From a virus, in the IMG/VR virus record IMGVR_UViG_3300044632_001218: 64,000 bases of DNA; one strand, given 5' to 3'. This document shows positions 39,310 through 46,867 of this stretch, in pieces. The translations under genes were made by a program, and so were the position numbers. The number at the start of each line of letters is the position of its first letter. Position 1 is the stretch's first letter. A model generated the notes under the pieces. It was not told the DNA's origin. It saw nothing but the letters and a program-made list of their open reading frames with translations, and made no database searches.

Positions 39310-41600
39310 GCAACGGGTTAAAGGTAACTAAAAGAAATGGTATTATTCAATCACTTGATTTGGATAAGATGCATTTGATGGTTGAAGAGTCATGTAAAGG
39401 TCTTGCAGGAGTATCTGCAAGTCAAGTTGAGATGCAATCTGGAATTCAGTTCTATGATGGTATCACCACAGCAGAAATTCAAGAAATCTTGATTCGCTCT
39501 GCATCAGATTTGATTGATTTGGACCATCCAAATTATCAGTTTGTTGCAGCACGTCTTCTTCTTTTTTCACTTAGAAAAAGTTTGTATGGTGGTATCAAAG
39601 ACTTCCCTCACCTTGAGGAGCACATTAACAATTGTGTAGCAAAGGGAGTTTATGATAGTGAAATTTTTATCAAATACTCTAAAGAAGAAATAGATAGAGT
39701 AAATGGATTTATTGACCATGATAGGGATATGCTTTTTACCTATGCAGGTCTTCGTCAGGTAGTAGATAAGTATCTGGTACAAGACAGAAGTCTTGGTAAG
39801 GTTTATGAGACTCCTCAGTTCATGTATATTATGATTGCTCTGACAATCTTTGCAGAGTATCCAAAAGAAACTCGTTTGGAATATGTTCGTAGGTACTACA
39901 ATGCAATCTCAAAGCACAAAATCAACATTCCTACACCAATCATGGCAGGTGTTAGAACCCCACTTCGCCAATTTGCAAGTTGCGTTCTTGTTGATGTTGA
40001 TGACACCCTTGACAGTATCTTCAGCAGTGATATGGCAATTGGTCGCTATGTTGCTCAAAGAGCAGGAATTGGTATCAATGCAGGTAGAATCAGGGGCATC
40101 AATTCTAAAATCAGAGGGGGAGAAGTTGCTCATACAGGGGTTGTCCCATTCCTCAAAAAGTTTGAAGCAACTGTCAGATGTTGCACTCAAAATGGCATCA
40201 GAGGTGGAAGTGCTACTGTCCACTTTCCAATCTGGCACCAAGAAATAGAAGATATTATTGTTCTCAAAAACAATAAAGGAACAGAAGATAATAGAGTTAG
40301 AAAATTAGATTATTCTATTCAGATTAGCAAACTGTTCTATGAAAGATTTATTCAAGATGCAGAAATTACATTATTCTCTCCACATGATGTTCCTGGACTG
40401 TATGATGCTTTTGGCACTGACAGATTTGATGAGTTATATGTAGGGTATGAACAAAATTCAAGCATTCCTAAAAAGACAGTAAAAGCACAAAGTTTGATTC
40501 TTGACCTCCTCAAGGAAAGGGCAGAAACTGGTCGTATTTACATTATGAATATTGACCATTGCAACTCTCACTCTTCCTTCAAGGATAAAATTGAGATGTC
40601 AAATCTTTGTCAAGAAATTACTCTTCCCACAGTTCCTCTTCATCACATTGATGACCCTGAAGGTGAAATTGCATTGTGTATTCTTTCTGCCATTAATGTG
40701 GGTAAAGTTAAAGATGATGAAGAGTTTGAGGAACTTTGTGATTTGTCAGTAAGAGGATTGGAAGAACTGATTGATTATCAGAACTATCCAGTAGAAGCAG
40801 CAGAGATTTCTACAAAGGCACGCAGGTCTCTTGGAGTAGGTTTTATTGGACTGGCACATTATCTTGCTAAACTTGGGTTTAACTATGATTCACAAGAGGC
40901 ATGGGACGCAGTTCATGGTCTTTCTGAATCATTCCAGTATTTCTTGTTAAAATCTTCCAACCAGATTGCTAAAGAGAAAGGTTCTTGTAAGTATTTTAGC
41001 AGGACCAAATATGCTGATGGTATTCTTCCAATTGATACTTATAAAAAAGATGTAGACGAAATTTCCTCTATTACCTACCAACATGATTGGGAAACTTTAC
41101 GTGCCGAGATTCAGGCACATGGACTTAGACATTCAACATTGTCAGCACAGATGCCTTCGGAGAGCAGTTCCGTTGTGTCAAATGCAACCAATGGAATCGA
41201 ACCACCTCGTGGATTCTTGTCTATTAAAAAGTCAAAGAAGGGACCTCTTAAGCAGATTGTCCCCCAGTATCAAACTCTTAAGAGCAATTACACTCTTCTG
41301 TGGGACATGTCTAGCAATAGTGGTTATATCAACATTGTTGCTCTTATGCAAAAATTCTTCGATCAAGCGATTAGTGGAAACTGGTCCTATAACCCAGAGA
41401 ATTATCAAGACAATGAAGTCCCTGTTAGCGTGATGGCTCAGGATTTCTTATCCACATATAAGTATGGATGGAAGACAAGTTATTATCAGAATACATATGA
41501 TAATAAGACTGATGAAATAAAGGATGAACCAGTTAATTTAGATACACTTATTCAAGAACTATTAGAAGGAGAGGAAGATTGTGAATCCTGTAAAATTTAG
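39306..41600 (+). CDS. nrdA: Ribonucleotide reductase class Ia alpha subunit
   Basis: ATP cone, PTPIMAG, SCVL, SNLCQEI, SAQMPSESSS, C-terminal CESCKI. Confidence 0.98.
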   Translation: MSNGLKVTKRNGIIQSLDLDKMHLMVEESCKGLAGVSASQVEMQSGIQFYDGITTAEIQEILIRSASDLIDLDHPNYQFVAARLLLFSLRKSLYGGIKDFPHLEEHINNCVAKGVYDSEIFIKYSKEEIDRVNGFIDHDRDMLFTYAGLRQVVDKYLVQDRSLGKVYETPQFMYIMIALTIFAEYPKETRLEYVRRYYNAISKHKINIPTPIMAGVRTPLRQFASCVLVDVDDTLDSIFSSDMAIGRYVAQRAGIGINAGRIRGINSKIRGGEVAHTGVVPFLKKFEATVRCCTQNGIRGGSATVHFPIWHQEIEDIIVLKNNKGTEDNRVRKLDYSIQISKLFYERFIQDAEITLFSPHDVPGLYDAFGTDRFDELYVGYEQNSSIPKKTVKAQSLILDLLKERAETGRIYIMNIDHCNSHSSFKDKIEMSNLCQEITLPTVPLHHIDDPEGEIALCILSAINVGKVKDDEEFEELCDLSVRGLEELIDYQNYPVEAAEISTKARRSLGVGFIGLAHYLAKLGFNYDSQEAWDAVHGLSESFQYFLLKSSNQIAKEKGSCKYFSRTKYADGILPIDTYKKDVDEISSITYQHDWETLRAEIQAHGLRHSTLSAQMPSESSSVVSNATNGIEPPRGFLSIKKSKKGPLKQIVPQYQTLKSNYTLLWDMSSNSGYINIVALMQKFFDQAISGNWSYNPENYQDNEVPVSVMAQDFLSTYKYGWKTSYYQNTYDNKTDEIKDEPVNLDTLIQELLEGEEDCESCKI

Positions 41601-42765
41601 AGTTAATTCAGAAGAAAACAAAATGCCAGAAGGAATGACAGTATTTAATACAACACAAGTCAATACCAAAAAACAACCAATGTTTTTTGGAAACCCTTTG
41701 GGTGTTCAAAGATATGATCAATACAAATATCCTGTATTTGATAAATTAACTCAACAACAACTTGGATACTTCTGGAGACCAGAAGAAATTTCTCTTCAAA
41801 AAGATAGGGCAGATTATCATACTCTCAGACCAGAACAAAAACACATCTTCACATCAAATCTAAAGTATCAGATTCTTCTTGATTCAGTTCAAGGAAGAGG
41901 TCCTGGTATGGCATTTATTCCATACTGCTCTCTTCCTGAATTGGAGGCATGTATGACTGTATGGGAATTCATGGAAATGATTCACTCTAGGTCTTATACT
42001 TACATTATCAAAAATGTATACTCAGATCCATCAGAAGTTTTTGATACTATTCTAACCAACGACAAGATTTTGGAGAGGGCATCTTCAGTAACACAAGCTT
42101 ATGATGACTTTATTAATTCAGCACAAAAGTATGGAACTTCTAATGATTGGATATTTGCACAAGAAGGTGCAGGGTATGCTAAAGAAGAAAGAATTGAATT
42201 AAAAAGAAAACTTTACAGAGCAATTGCTAATGTCAACATTCTCGAAGGTATCAGGTTTTATGTCTCTTTCGCTTGCTCGTTTGCGTTTGGTGAACTCAAA
42301 CTTATGGAAGGATCAGCTAAAATTATCTCTCTTATCGCCAGAGATGAAAATCAGCATCTTGTCATTACTCAAAACATCATCAACAAGTGGCGTGAAGGAG
42401 ATGATTCAGAAATGCAACAAATTGCTAAAGAAGAAGAGGACTGGGTAATCAATGCATTCAAGACTTGTGTAGACCAAGAAAAAGCATGGGCACAATATTT
42501 GTTCAAGGATGGTTCTATGATTGGTCTTAATGATAAACTTCTCAACAATTATGTTGAGTGGATTGCTAATAGAAGAATGAGATCTATTGGTCTTAAGACA
42601 ATTTATGATATTGCTGCTAAAAATAATCCACTTCCCTGGACTGAGCACTGGATTTCCTCTAAAGGACTTCAAGTAGCACCACAAGAAACAGAAGTTGAAA
42701 GTTATGTGGTTGGAGGAATCAAACAAGACGTGAAGAAAGATACCTTTGCTGGATTCAAACTGTAG
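41581..42765 (+). CDS. nrdB: Ribonucleotide reductase class Ia beta subunit
   Basis: FWRPEE, EMIHSRSY, LEGIRFY, RDENQH di-iron motifs. Confidence 0.98.
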   Translation: MNPVKFRVNSEENKMPEGMTVFNTTQVNTKKQPMFFGNPLGVQRYDQYKYPVFDKLTQQQLGYFWRPEEISLQKDRADYHTLRPEQKHIFTSNLKYQILLDSVQGRGPGMAFIPYCSLPELEACMTVWEFMEMIHSRSYTYIIKNVYSDPSEVFDTILTNDKILERASSVTQAYDDFINSAQKYGTSNDWIFAQEGAGYAKEERIELKRKLYRAIANVNILEGIRFYVSFACSFAFGELKLMEGSAKIISLIARDENQHLVITQNIINKWREGDDSEMQQIAKEEEDWVINAFKTCVDQEKAWAQYLFKDGSMIGLNDKLLNNYVEWIANRRMRSIGLKTIYDIAAKNNPLPWTEHWISSKGLQVAPQETEVESYVVGGIKQDVKKDTFAGFKL

Positions 42766-42776
42766 CAGATTATACA
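42761..42776. promoter_or_regulatory. Candidate NtcA binding site TGTA-N8-TACA
   Basis: tGTAgcagattaTACa is a perfect match to the cyanobacterial NtcA consensus, about 25 nt upstream of the riboswitch. Confidence 0.65.
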
Positions 42777-42797
42777 AAATAAAATTATAAAATAATA

Positions 42798-42854
42798 TAC
42801 GTTCATTTGCTATTTGCAAATAGCAAACGGAAGTAGGGAAACTGAAGGAACGCA
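42798..42854 (+). ncRNA. Glutamine riboswitch (glnA RNA motif)
   Basis: P1 CGTTC(42800-04)/GAACG(42848-52); P2 from palindrome TTTGCTATTTGCAAATAGCAAA; conserved CGGAAGTAGG-GAAA-CTGAAGGAACGC E-loop/P3. Confidence 0.85.
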
Positions 42855-42884
42855 CCAATACCCATAAAGTAAAGGAGCAAACCT

Positions 42885-42965
42885 ATGGCGCTTATTTTAA
42901 TCAAACAAAAAATTATGAAAGAAAGAAGACTGTATGAAGCACAACTTCATATGGCAACTCGTTGA
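42885..42965 (+). CDS. 26-aa riboswitch-controlled basic peptide; missing from ORF track
   Basis: MALILIKQKIMKERRLYEAQLHMATR; AAGGAG RBS at 42872-42877; bounded by riboswitch and terminator. Confidence 0.75.
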   Translation: MALILIKQKIMKERRLYEAQLHMATR

Positions 42966-42972
42966 AGATTTG

Positions 42973-42999
42973 AGAGGGTCCTTGTGACCCTCTTTTTTT
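42973..42999 (+). terminator. Rho-independent terminator
   Basis: AGAGGGTC-cttgt-GACCCTCT plus T-run. Confidence 0.9.
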
Positions 43000-43006
43000 A
43001 TAAATA
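42999..43006 (+). promoter_or_regulatory. Late promoter TATAAATA
   Basis: Exact consensus before ATG 43027. Confidence 0.85.
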
Positions 43007-43026
43007 CTTAAAAACTTGTATTAGAT

Positions 43027-43638
43027 ATGGCTGGATTAAACAACATCAGAGAAGCATATGACCAAGTTTATGCTCAAGTGGTTGAGAGAATGGACCCAGA
43101 AGAAAGAGAACTGAGAAGAGCAGAGGTTGCTGATAGAAAGGCAAGTAGAATGGACTCTAAGGTTGCTGCTAAGTATGCAGGGTCAGAAGCACAATCAGCA
43201 GCAAGAGCAGATAAGAAATCAAAAGGTAAGCACATTCATGGAATGGCAGATTCCTATGATGTTGAAGGAGACCTTGTAGATGAAGCTAGAAAACCATCTC
43301 AAATTGCAAAAATAAAGAAATTGAATGCTCTGATGAATCAGAGACATCAAGAGAATGAAAAGGCAAGAAAGGAGATGATAGGAACTCAGGCACACAAAGA
43401 TATGGTGAAAGCTGCCTCAAGACATTTTGAAGAAACTGAACTTTCAGAAAGAGAACTTGACCCAACAGAAACCAGAGAAAAAGAAAGACTTGTAAAAGGT
43501 CTCAAGAAGTCTGCTGGTGATTTTAAACAAAGATATGGGGCAAGAGCAAAATCAGTAATGTATGCTACTGCCACAAAGATGGCTAAAGACAGGATGGACA
43601 CATCCAAGTCAGACAGGAGATATGGTGTTGAGGGATGA
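43027..43638 (+). CDS. Modular charged hypothetical protein, probable internal head protein
   Basis: Late promoter; basic modules after VVE, VDE and LSE linkers. Confidence 0.75.
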   Translation: MAGLNNIREAYDQVYAQVVERMDPEERELRRAEVADRKASRMDSKVAAKYAGSEAQSAARADKKSKGKHIHGMADSYDVEGDLVDEARKPSQIAKIKKLNALMNQRHQENEKARKEMIGTQAHKDMVKAASRHFEETELSERELDPTETREKERLVKGLKKSAGDFKQRYGARAKSVMYATATKMAKDRMDTSKSDRRYGVEG

Positions 43639-44090
43639 AGTTTAACTTCCAATTTGGAAAGAAACAAAAAACAATATGGGACTATGCTTTTTGGAGCATA
43701 GTCCTTTTTTCTTTAGTCGCACTTTTATCATCAGTATTCAAAGTCAATGAAAAAACTATATGGATGTGGATAGACCAAATACAACGAGAATTAATTAGAA
43801 GAAATATATTACCTCAAGATAATCCAATACAAGATGAAATCCTTAACAATCCAGAACTTCTGAAAGAAAGAATCAAAGGTGATGTAGATGCTGCTCTAAG
43901 GGACTATGAGAGATGGGAGTCCTCCATCCCTCCCAGAATGACTAACAAGACCATTCTGGATGGTCTGAGGTCCCCAAGATTCTCTGACACTCAGAGGTTG
44001 GTCGTGAAGGATTCTATTTACTATGAGTGCCCTGAAGGAGTTATGGGTATCAGAGGAGCATGGGTTGACAAAGACCCTCAATGTGATTAA
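43635..44090 (+). CDS. Hypothetical membrane protein
   Basis: N-terminal TM helix AFWSIVLFSLVALLSSVF. Confidence 0.7.
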   Translation: MKFNFQFGKKQKTIWDYAFWSIVLFSLVALLSSVFKVNEKTIWMWIDQIQRELIRRNILPQDNPIQDEILNNPELLKERIKGDVDAALRDYERWESSIPPRMTNKTILDGLRSPRFSDTQRLVVKDSIYYECPEGVMGIRGAWVDKDPQCD

Positions 44091-44093
44091 AAT
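44065..44093 (+). promoter_or_regulatory. Sigma70 promoter TTGACA-N17-TAAAAT
   Basis: TTGACA aagaccctcaatgtgat TAAAAT. Confidence 0.75.
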
Positions 44094-44116
44094 CACTCTG
44101 TTAGGTTTGAAGGATA
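44091..44116 (+). repeat. 26-bp dispersed repeat, copy 2
   Basis: AATCACTCTGTTAGGTTTGAAGGATA, identical to minus-strand 16176-16201. Confidence 0.9.
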
Positions 44117-44142
44117 AATAATAGCTTATAGGATTTACTTAT

Positions 44143-44601
44143 ATGAGCTATGATAATCCTTGGAAATATCAAGGAAAGGTCTTTGAATCAGAAGATATTC
44201 AAGACAACTTTGGATTTGTTTATCTTATCACAAATAAAATAAATTCAAAACAATATATTGGCAGAAAGTATCTGTGGCAATTTAGAACGCCAAAAGGTAA
44301 GAAGAGAAAAGTAAAATCAGAATCTGATTGGAAGAATTATTATGGGTCTTGTCCAGAGCTTAAAGAAGATATTGTTAAGTATGGCAGAGAAAACTTTGTT
44401 AGAGTTATCTTGTCGTTACATAAAACACCAGGCAAAACTAATTATGAGGAGACGAGACAACTCTTTGTCAACAATGTCCTCACTGAATCCCTTGACAACG
44501 GAGACCCAGCATTCTACAATAGTAACATCCTGTCAAGATACTTCAGAAAAGATTATTATGAATTCGATGCAAATGCAGAAGATGTGTCAGAAACAAGTTG
44601 A
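44143..44601 (+). CDS. GIY-YIG family endonuclease (Seg-like)
   Basis: GFVYLITNKINSKQYIGRK...YYGS...FVRVIL...YN. Confidence 0.85.
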   Translation: MSYDNPWKYQGKVFESEDIQDNFGFVYLITNKINSKQYIGRKYLWQFRTPKGKKRKVKSESDWKNYYGSCPELKEDIVKYGRENFVRVILSLHKTPGKTNYEETRQLFVNNVLTESLDNGDPAFYNSNILSRYFRKDYYEFDANAEDVSETS

Positions 44602-44743
44602 TGCAGTAGTTGATAGAATGCATGAATTGTGTGCAAAAGGTCAGTATGAAGATGCTAATGCACTATATTCTGAAATTAGTGACTGGATTGGTAATGTAAA
44701 AGGTCATGAAGTAATGTCGCTTGACTATCTTAACGAAATGTGA
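44558..44743 (+). CDS. Small hypothetical protein (61 aa)
   Basis: 3' part of track ORF 44342-44743 from ATG 44558; helical-looking sequence. Confidence 0.55.
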   Translation: MNSMQMQKMCQKQVDAVVDRMHELCAKGQYEDANALYSEISDWIGNVKGHEVMSLDYLNEM

Positions 44744-44791
44744 GATAATAAATAATCATTCATTATGATTCTTATTATGAGACTGTGATAA

Positions 44792-44863
44792 TGATTTTAG
44801 AGCCCAGGAGATTCCCCCTTGAAAGAGGGGAAGTGCGGTTTCTCTATTGGGATGTAGAGTTCA
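44792..44863 (+). ncRNA. Candidate structured 5' leader RNA
   Basis: Nested stems: CCCAG/TTGGG, GAGA/TCTC, inner CCCCTT-GAAA-GAGGGG GNRA hairpin; upstream TTGACT-N17-GATAAT (44721-44749). Confidence 0.5.
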
Positions 44864-44873
44864 ATTAAAACTA

Positions 44874-45512
44874 GTGCAAAATTTCTTTACAGTAGCCGTT
44901 CCTCTTATGGCAATGGTTACAACCACGGCAACACTGCCTTCAGTGTTTCCTCCTCCACCTGTGAGTGGTCTTCCACAATATTCAATTATTCAAGAGGAGC
45001 CTACATCAAAGACAGCAATTCGAAAGGTTGCTCCAGAAAAACCAAAAGAGAAAAGGTTAATTTGTAAAGGGTGTAATGAAAATGAAAATGTAGCTCTGGA
45101 ATATTTCCAGAACATTGGAATTAAAGACAAAAACGCCCTTGCTACTATCATGGGTAACATTCGTCAGGAATCAACTTTTGTTCCTAACATTTGTGAAGGT
45201 GGTAGCAAAACCAGTTGGAGTAACTGTGGACGCGGTTACGGACTGATTCAATGGACATCTGCTAATAGATATTATGGGTTGGGTGACTTTGCTAAAAAGT
45301 ATGGTGGTTCACCATCATCACTTCACACACAACTTCGTTATTTGAGGAATGAGGTTCAGTGGCAGGAGATTGAGGAGAAGATGAAAACTCCTGGAAAATC
45401 AATCAATCGTTACATGGACTATGCTTATAGTTGGATTGGATGGGGGCATCATGGTGCTCGTACATCTTATGCCCATGACTATGCTTCTCGTCTAATTCTG
45501 GCAGAAGTTTAA
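44874..45512 (+). CDS. Exported cell-wall hydrolase (phage tail lysozyme-like domain)
   Basis: Hydrophobic N-terminus, P-rich linker, ALATIMGNIRQES...GYGLIQWT; probable start GTG 44874. Confidence 0.75.
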   Translation: MQNFFTVAVPLMAMVTTTATLPSVFPPPPVSGLPQYSIIQEEPTSKTAIRKVAPEKPKEKRLICKGCNENENVALEYFQNIGIKDKNALATIMGNIRQESTFVPNICEGGSKTSWSNCGRGYGLIQWTSANRYYGLGDFAKKYGGSPSSLHTQLRYLRNEVQWQEIEEKMKTPGKSINRYMDYAYSWIGWGHHGARTSYAHDYASRLILAEV

Positions 45513-45518
45513 TCATAC

Positions 45519-45548
45519 TTGACAACTGAATATTAGGGAGGTTATAAT
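45519..45548 (+). promoter_or_regulatory. Sigma70 promoter TTGACA-N18-TATAAT for tRNA-Gly
   Basis: Consensus boxes; the -10 is flanked by the inverted repeat GGGAGG/CCTCCC. Confidence 0.8.
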
Positions 45549-45560
45549 CCTCCCATACAT

Positions 45561-45631
45561 GCGGGTATAGTTTAGGGGTAAAATGCCATCCTTCCAAGTT
45601 GGAGTCACCAGTTCGAATCTGGTTACCCGCT
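45561..45631 (+). tRNA. tRNA-Gly (TCC)
   Basis: Acceptor GCGGGTA/TACCCGC, anticodon loop CT-TCC-AA, T-loop GTTCGAATC; no encoded CCA. Confidence 0.93.
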
Positions 45632-45658
45632 TCCCTATATAAAAAAATATGAAGAACA

Positions 45659-45913
45659 ATGTTAAAAATCAGATGCAAAAATTGCAATATAGAATTAGAA
45701 TCTCACCCAACCAAAACTAAGTGTTGTGGGTGTGAGAATATGACCACAGTAAGAGGAGAAAACATTAGTGGTATTAATTTAAACCTTGTAGAAATCATAT
45801 ATTCAGAGTATAATAAGAAGAGCACTAATGCAGTGCTATCAAATCAAGACCTGGCATTTCAGGAAGAACGTAAAAATCGTAAAGTTAGAAAAATGGAGTT
45901 TGAAATTAGATGA
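45659..45913 (+). CDS. Small Cys-rich (Zn-binding) hypothetical protein
   Basis: CKNC...CCGCEN. Confidence 0.75.
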   Translation: MLKIRCKNCNIELESHPTKTKCCGCENMTTVRGENISGINLNLVEIIYSEYNKKSTNAVLSNQDLAFQEERKNRKVRKMEFEIR

Positions 45914-46065
45914 GTTGGGAACCACCAAAGTTGTCAAAACCTGACATTGAGTTTATTACTTTGGCATTAGATGAATACATATATTATTCCAAACAAGATG
46001 GAATAGATGTAAAAGAAGCAGAGCAAATATGGTTAAGATTAAATGACCACCTGCAAAAATTCTAA
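45910..46065 (+). CDS. Small hypothetical protein (51 aa)
   Basis: MSWEPPKLSKPDIEFITLALDEYIYY...; ATGA coupling. Confidence 0.6.
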   Translation: MSWEPPKLSKPDIEFITLALDEYIYYSKQDGIDVKEAEQIWLRLNDHLQKF

Positions 46066-46221
46066 ATGGACGATCACACCTATAATAATTGGGTGAAAAT
46101 AAAAACAACATTTGAAGAATCTGGCAATACAAATAATATGTTTTATAGGAGGGCTTGTGAGATAATAAAAACTAAACACGACCCCCTTAAAAAGTTTCTT
46201 GAAGGGAGCAATGAAACCTGA
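46066..46221 (+). CDS. Small hypothetical protein (51 aa)
   Basis: MDDHTYNNWVKIKTTFEESGNTNNMFYRRACEII...; abuts the previous stop. Confidence 0.65.
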   Translation: MDDHTYNNWVKIKTTFEESGNTNNMFYRRACEIIKTKHDPLKKFLEGSNET

Positions 46222-46357
46222 AGAAGTTCAAAAGATGATTGATGCTGCTATTGACAAGCACAATAAAACTGCTACAATGATTAGTGCAAGCATTGGTTCA
46301 GTCTTGCTTTTCTTTTATGCTCATGGTGTAATCAGTATTATTGATAAAATGAAATGA
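46211..46357 (+). CDS. Small membrane protein (48 aa)
   Basis: MKPEEVQKMIDAAIDKHNKTATMISASIGSVLLFFYAHGVISIIDKMK. Confidence 0.6.
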   Translation: MKPEEVQKMIDAAIDKHNKTATMISASIGSVLLFFYAHGVISIIDKMK

Positions 46358-46524
46358 ATACTTATACAGTGGAAGAATTTCAAAACAACTTTGACAATCT
46401 TATTGGCAGAGTTGAAAATGGCGAACACATTACAATTATTAATGAAGAAGGACAAACAGTAGTCATGATTCCTGCAGATGATGAATTAGTGAAAATACAC
46501 ACACAGCACAATGATGCTCCATAA
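46354..46524 (+). CDS. Phd/YefM antitoxin-like small protein (56 aa)
   Basis: MNTYTVEEFQNNFDNLIGRVENGEHITIINEEGQTVVMIP follows the Phd/YefM N-terminal pattern. Confidence 0.6.
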   Translation: MNTYTVEEFQNNFDNLIGRVENGEHITIINEEGQTVVMIPADDELVKIHTQHNDAP

Positions 46525-46531
46525 GTTTTGT

Positions 46532-46602
46532 GGGGGTATAGCTTAATGGTAGAGCGGCCTGCTTATAACGGGTTGGTCTGGGTTCAATTCCCAGTATCCC
46601 TA
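46532..46602 (+). tRNA. tRNA-Ile (TAT)
   Basis: Acceptor GGGGGTA/TATCCCT, anticodon arm GCCTG-CT-TAT-AA-CGGGT, T-arm CTGGG-TTCAATT-CCCAG. Confidence 0.88.
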
Positions 46603-46604
46603 TT

Positions 46605-46800
46605 GTCCCGGTTATGACAAAAAACTGAGCCCTGGTCGGGAAAGAACCCCCTTCAGTCATGGAGAGACTTTAAAAATCCTGGTGGAGTCATATGACCCTC
46701 ATTAGGTTTCCAATTTCCTCAAAGAATTGGTGGTGCGGATGGAGGATACTCCCGCCTGGTTTCCAATTTCCAGTTAAAGAATTGGTGGCGAGCCTGCAAA
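46605..46800 (+). ncRNA. manA-type (or wcaG-type) cyanophage structured RNA upstream of gmd
   Basis: About 190 nt with two near-identical units GGTTTCCAATTTCC-N2/4-AAAGAATTGGTGG (46705-46733, 46758-46788), between a tRNA and sugar-nucleotide genes. Confidence 0.65.
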
Positions 46801-46810
46801 AACGGAATTT

Positions 46811-46846
46811 AGAGGGGTTGCATAAACTCCTCTTTTTTTGTATAAT
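46811..46846 (+). terminator. Terminator hairpin overlapping a sigma70 promoter (TTGCAT-N17-TATAAT)
   Basis: AGAGGGGTT-gcata-AACTCCTCT plus T-run; -35 at 46818, -10 at 46841. Confidence 0.75.
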
Positions 46847-46867
46847 AATATAAAAAGTATTTTGTAT

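Noticed and set aside
25337-42765. Introns or inteins in gp43, gp41, nrdA, nrdB (also gp17)
   Set aside because: All are continuous ORFs of normal length with no splicing or homing-endonuclease insertions visible.
44342-44557. 5' extension of track ORF 44342-44743
   Set aside because: Overlaps the GIY-YIG gene out of frame; only the part from ATG 44558 is plausible.
44143-44601. GIY-YIG gene as an active mobile element
   Set aside because: Short catalytic domain only, with no intron or DNA-binding extension; kept as a CDS.
46705-46788. Two ~29-bp repeats resembling a mini-CRISPR
   Set aside because: Only two units, internally variable, within a folded RNA; no cas genes in the window.
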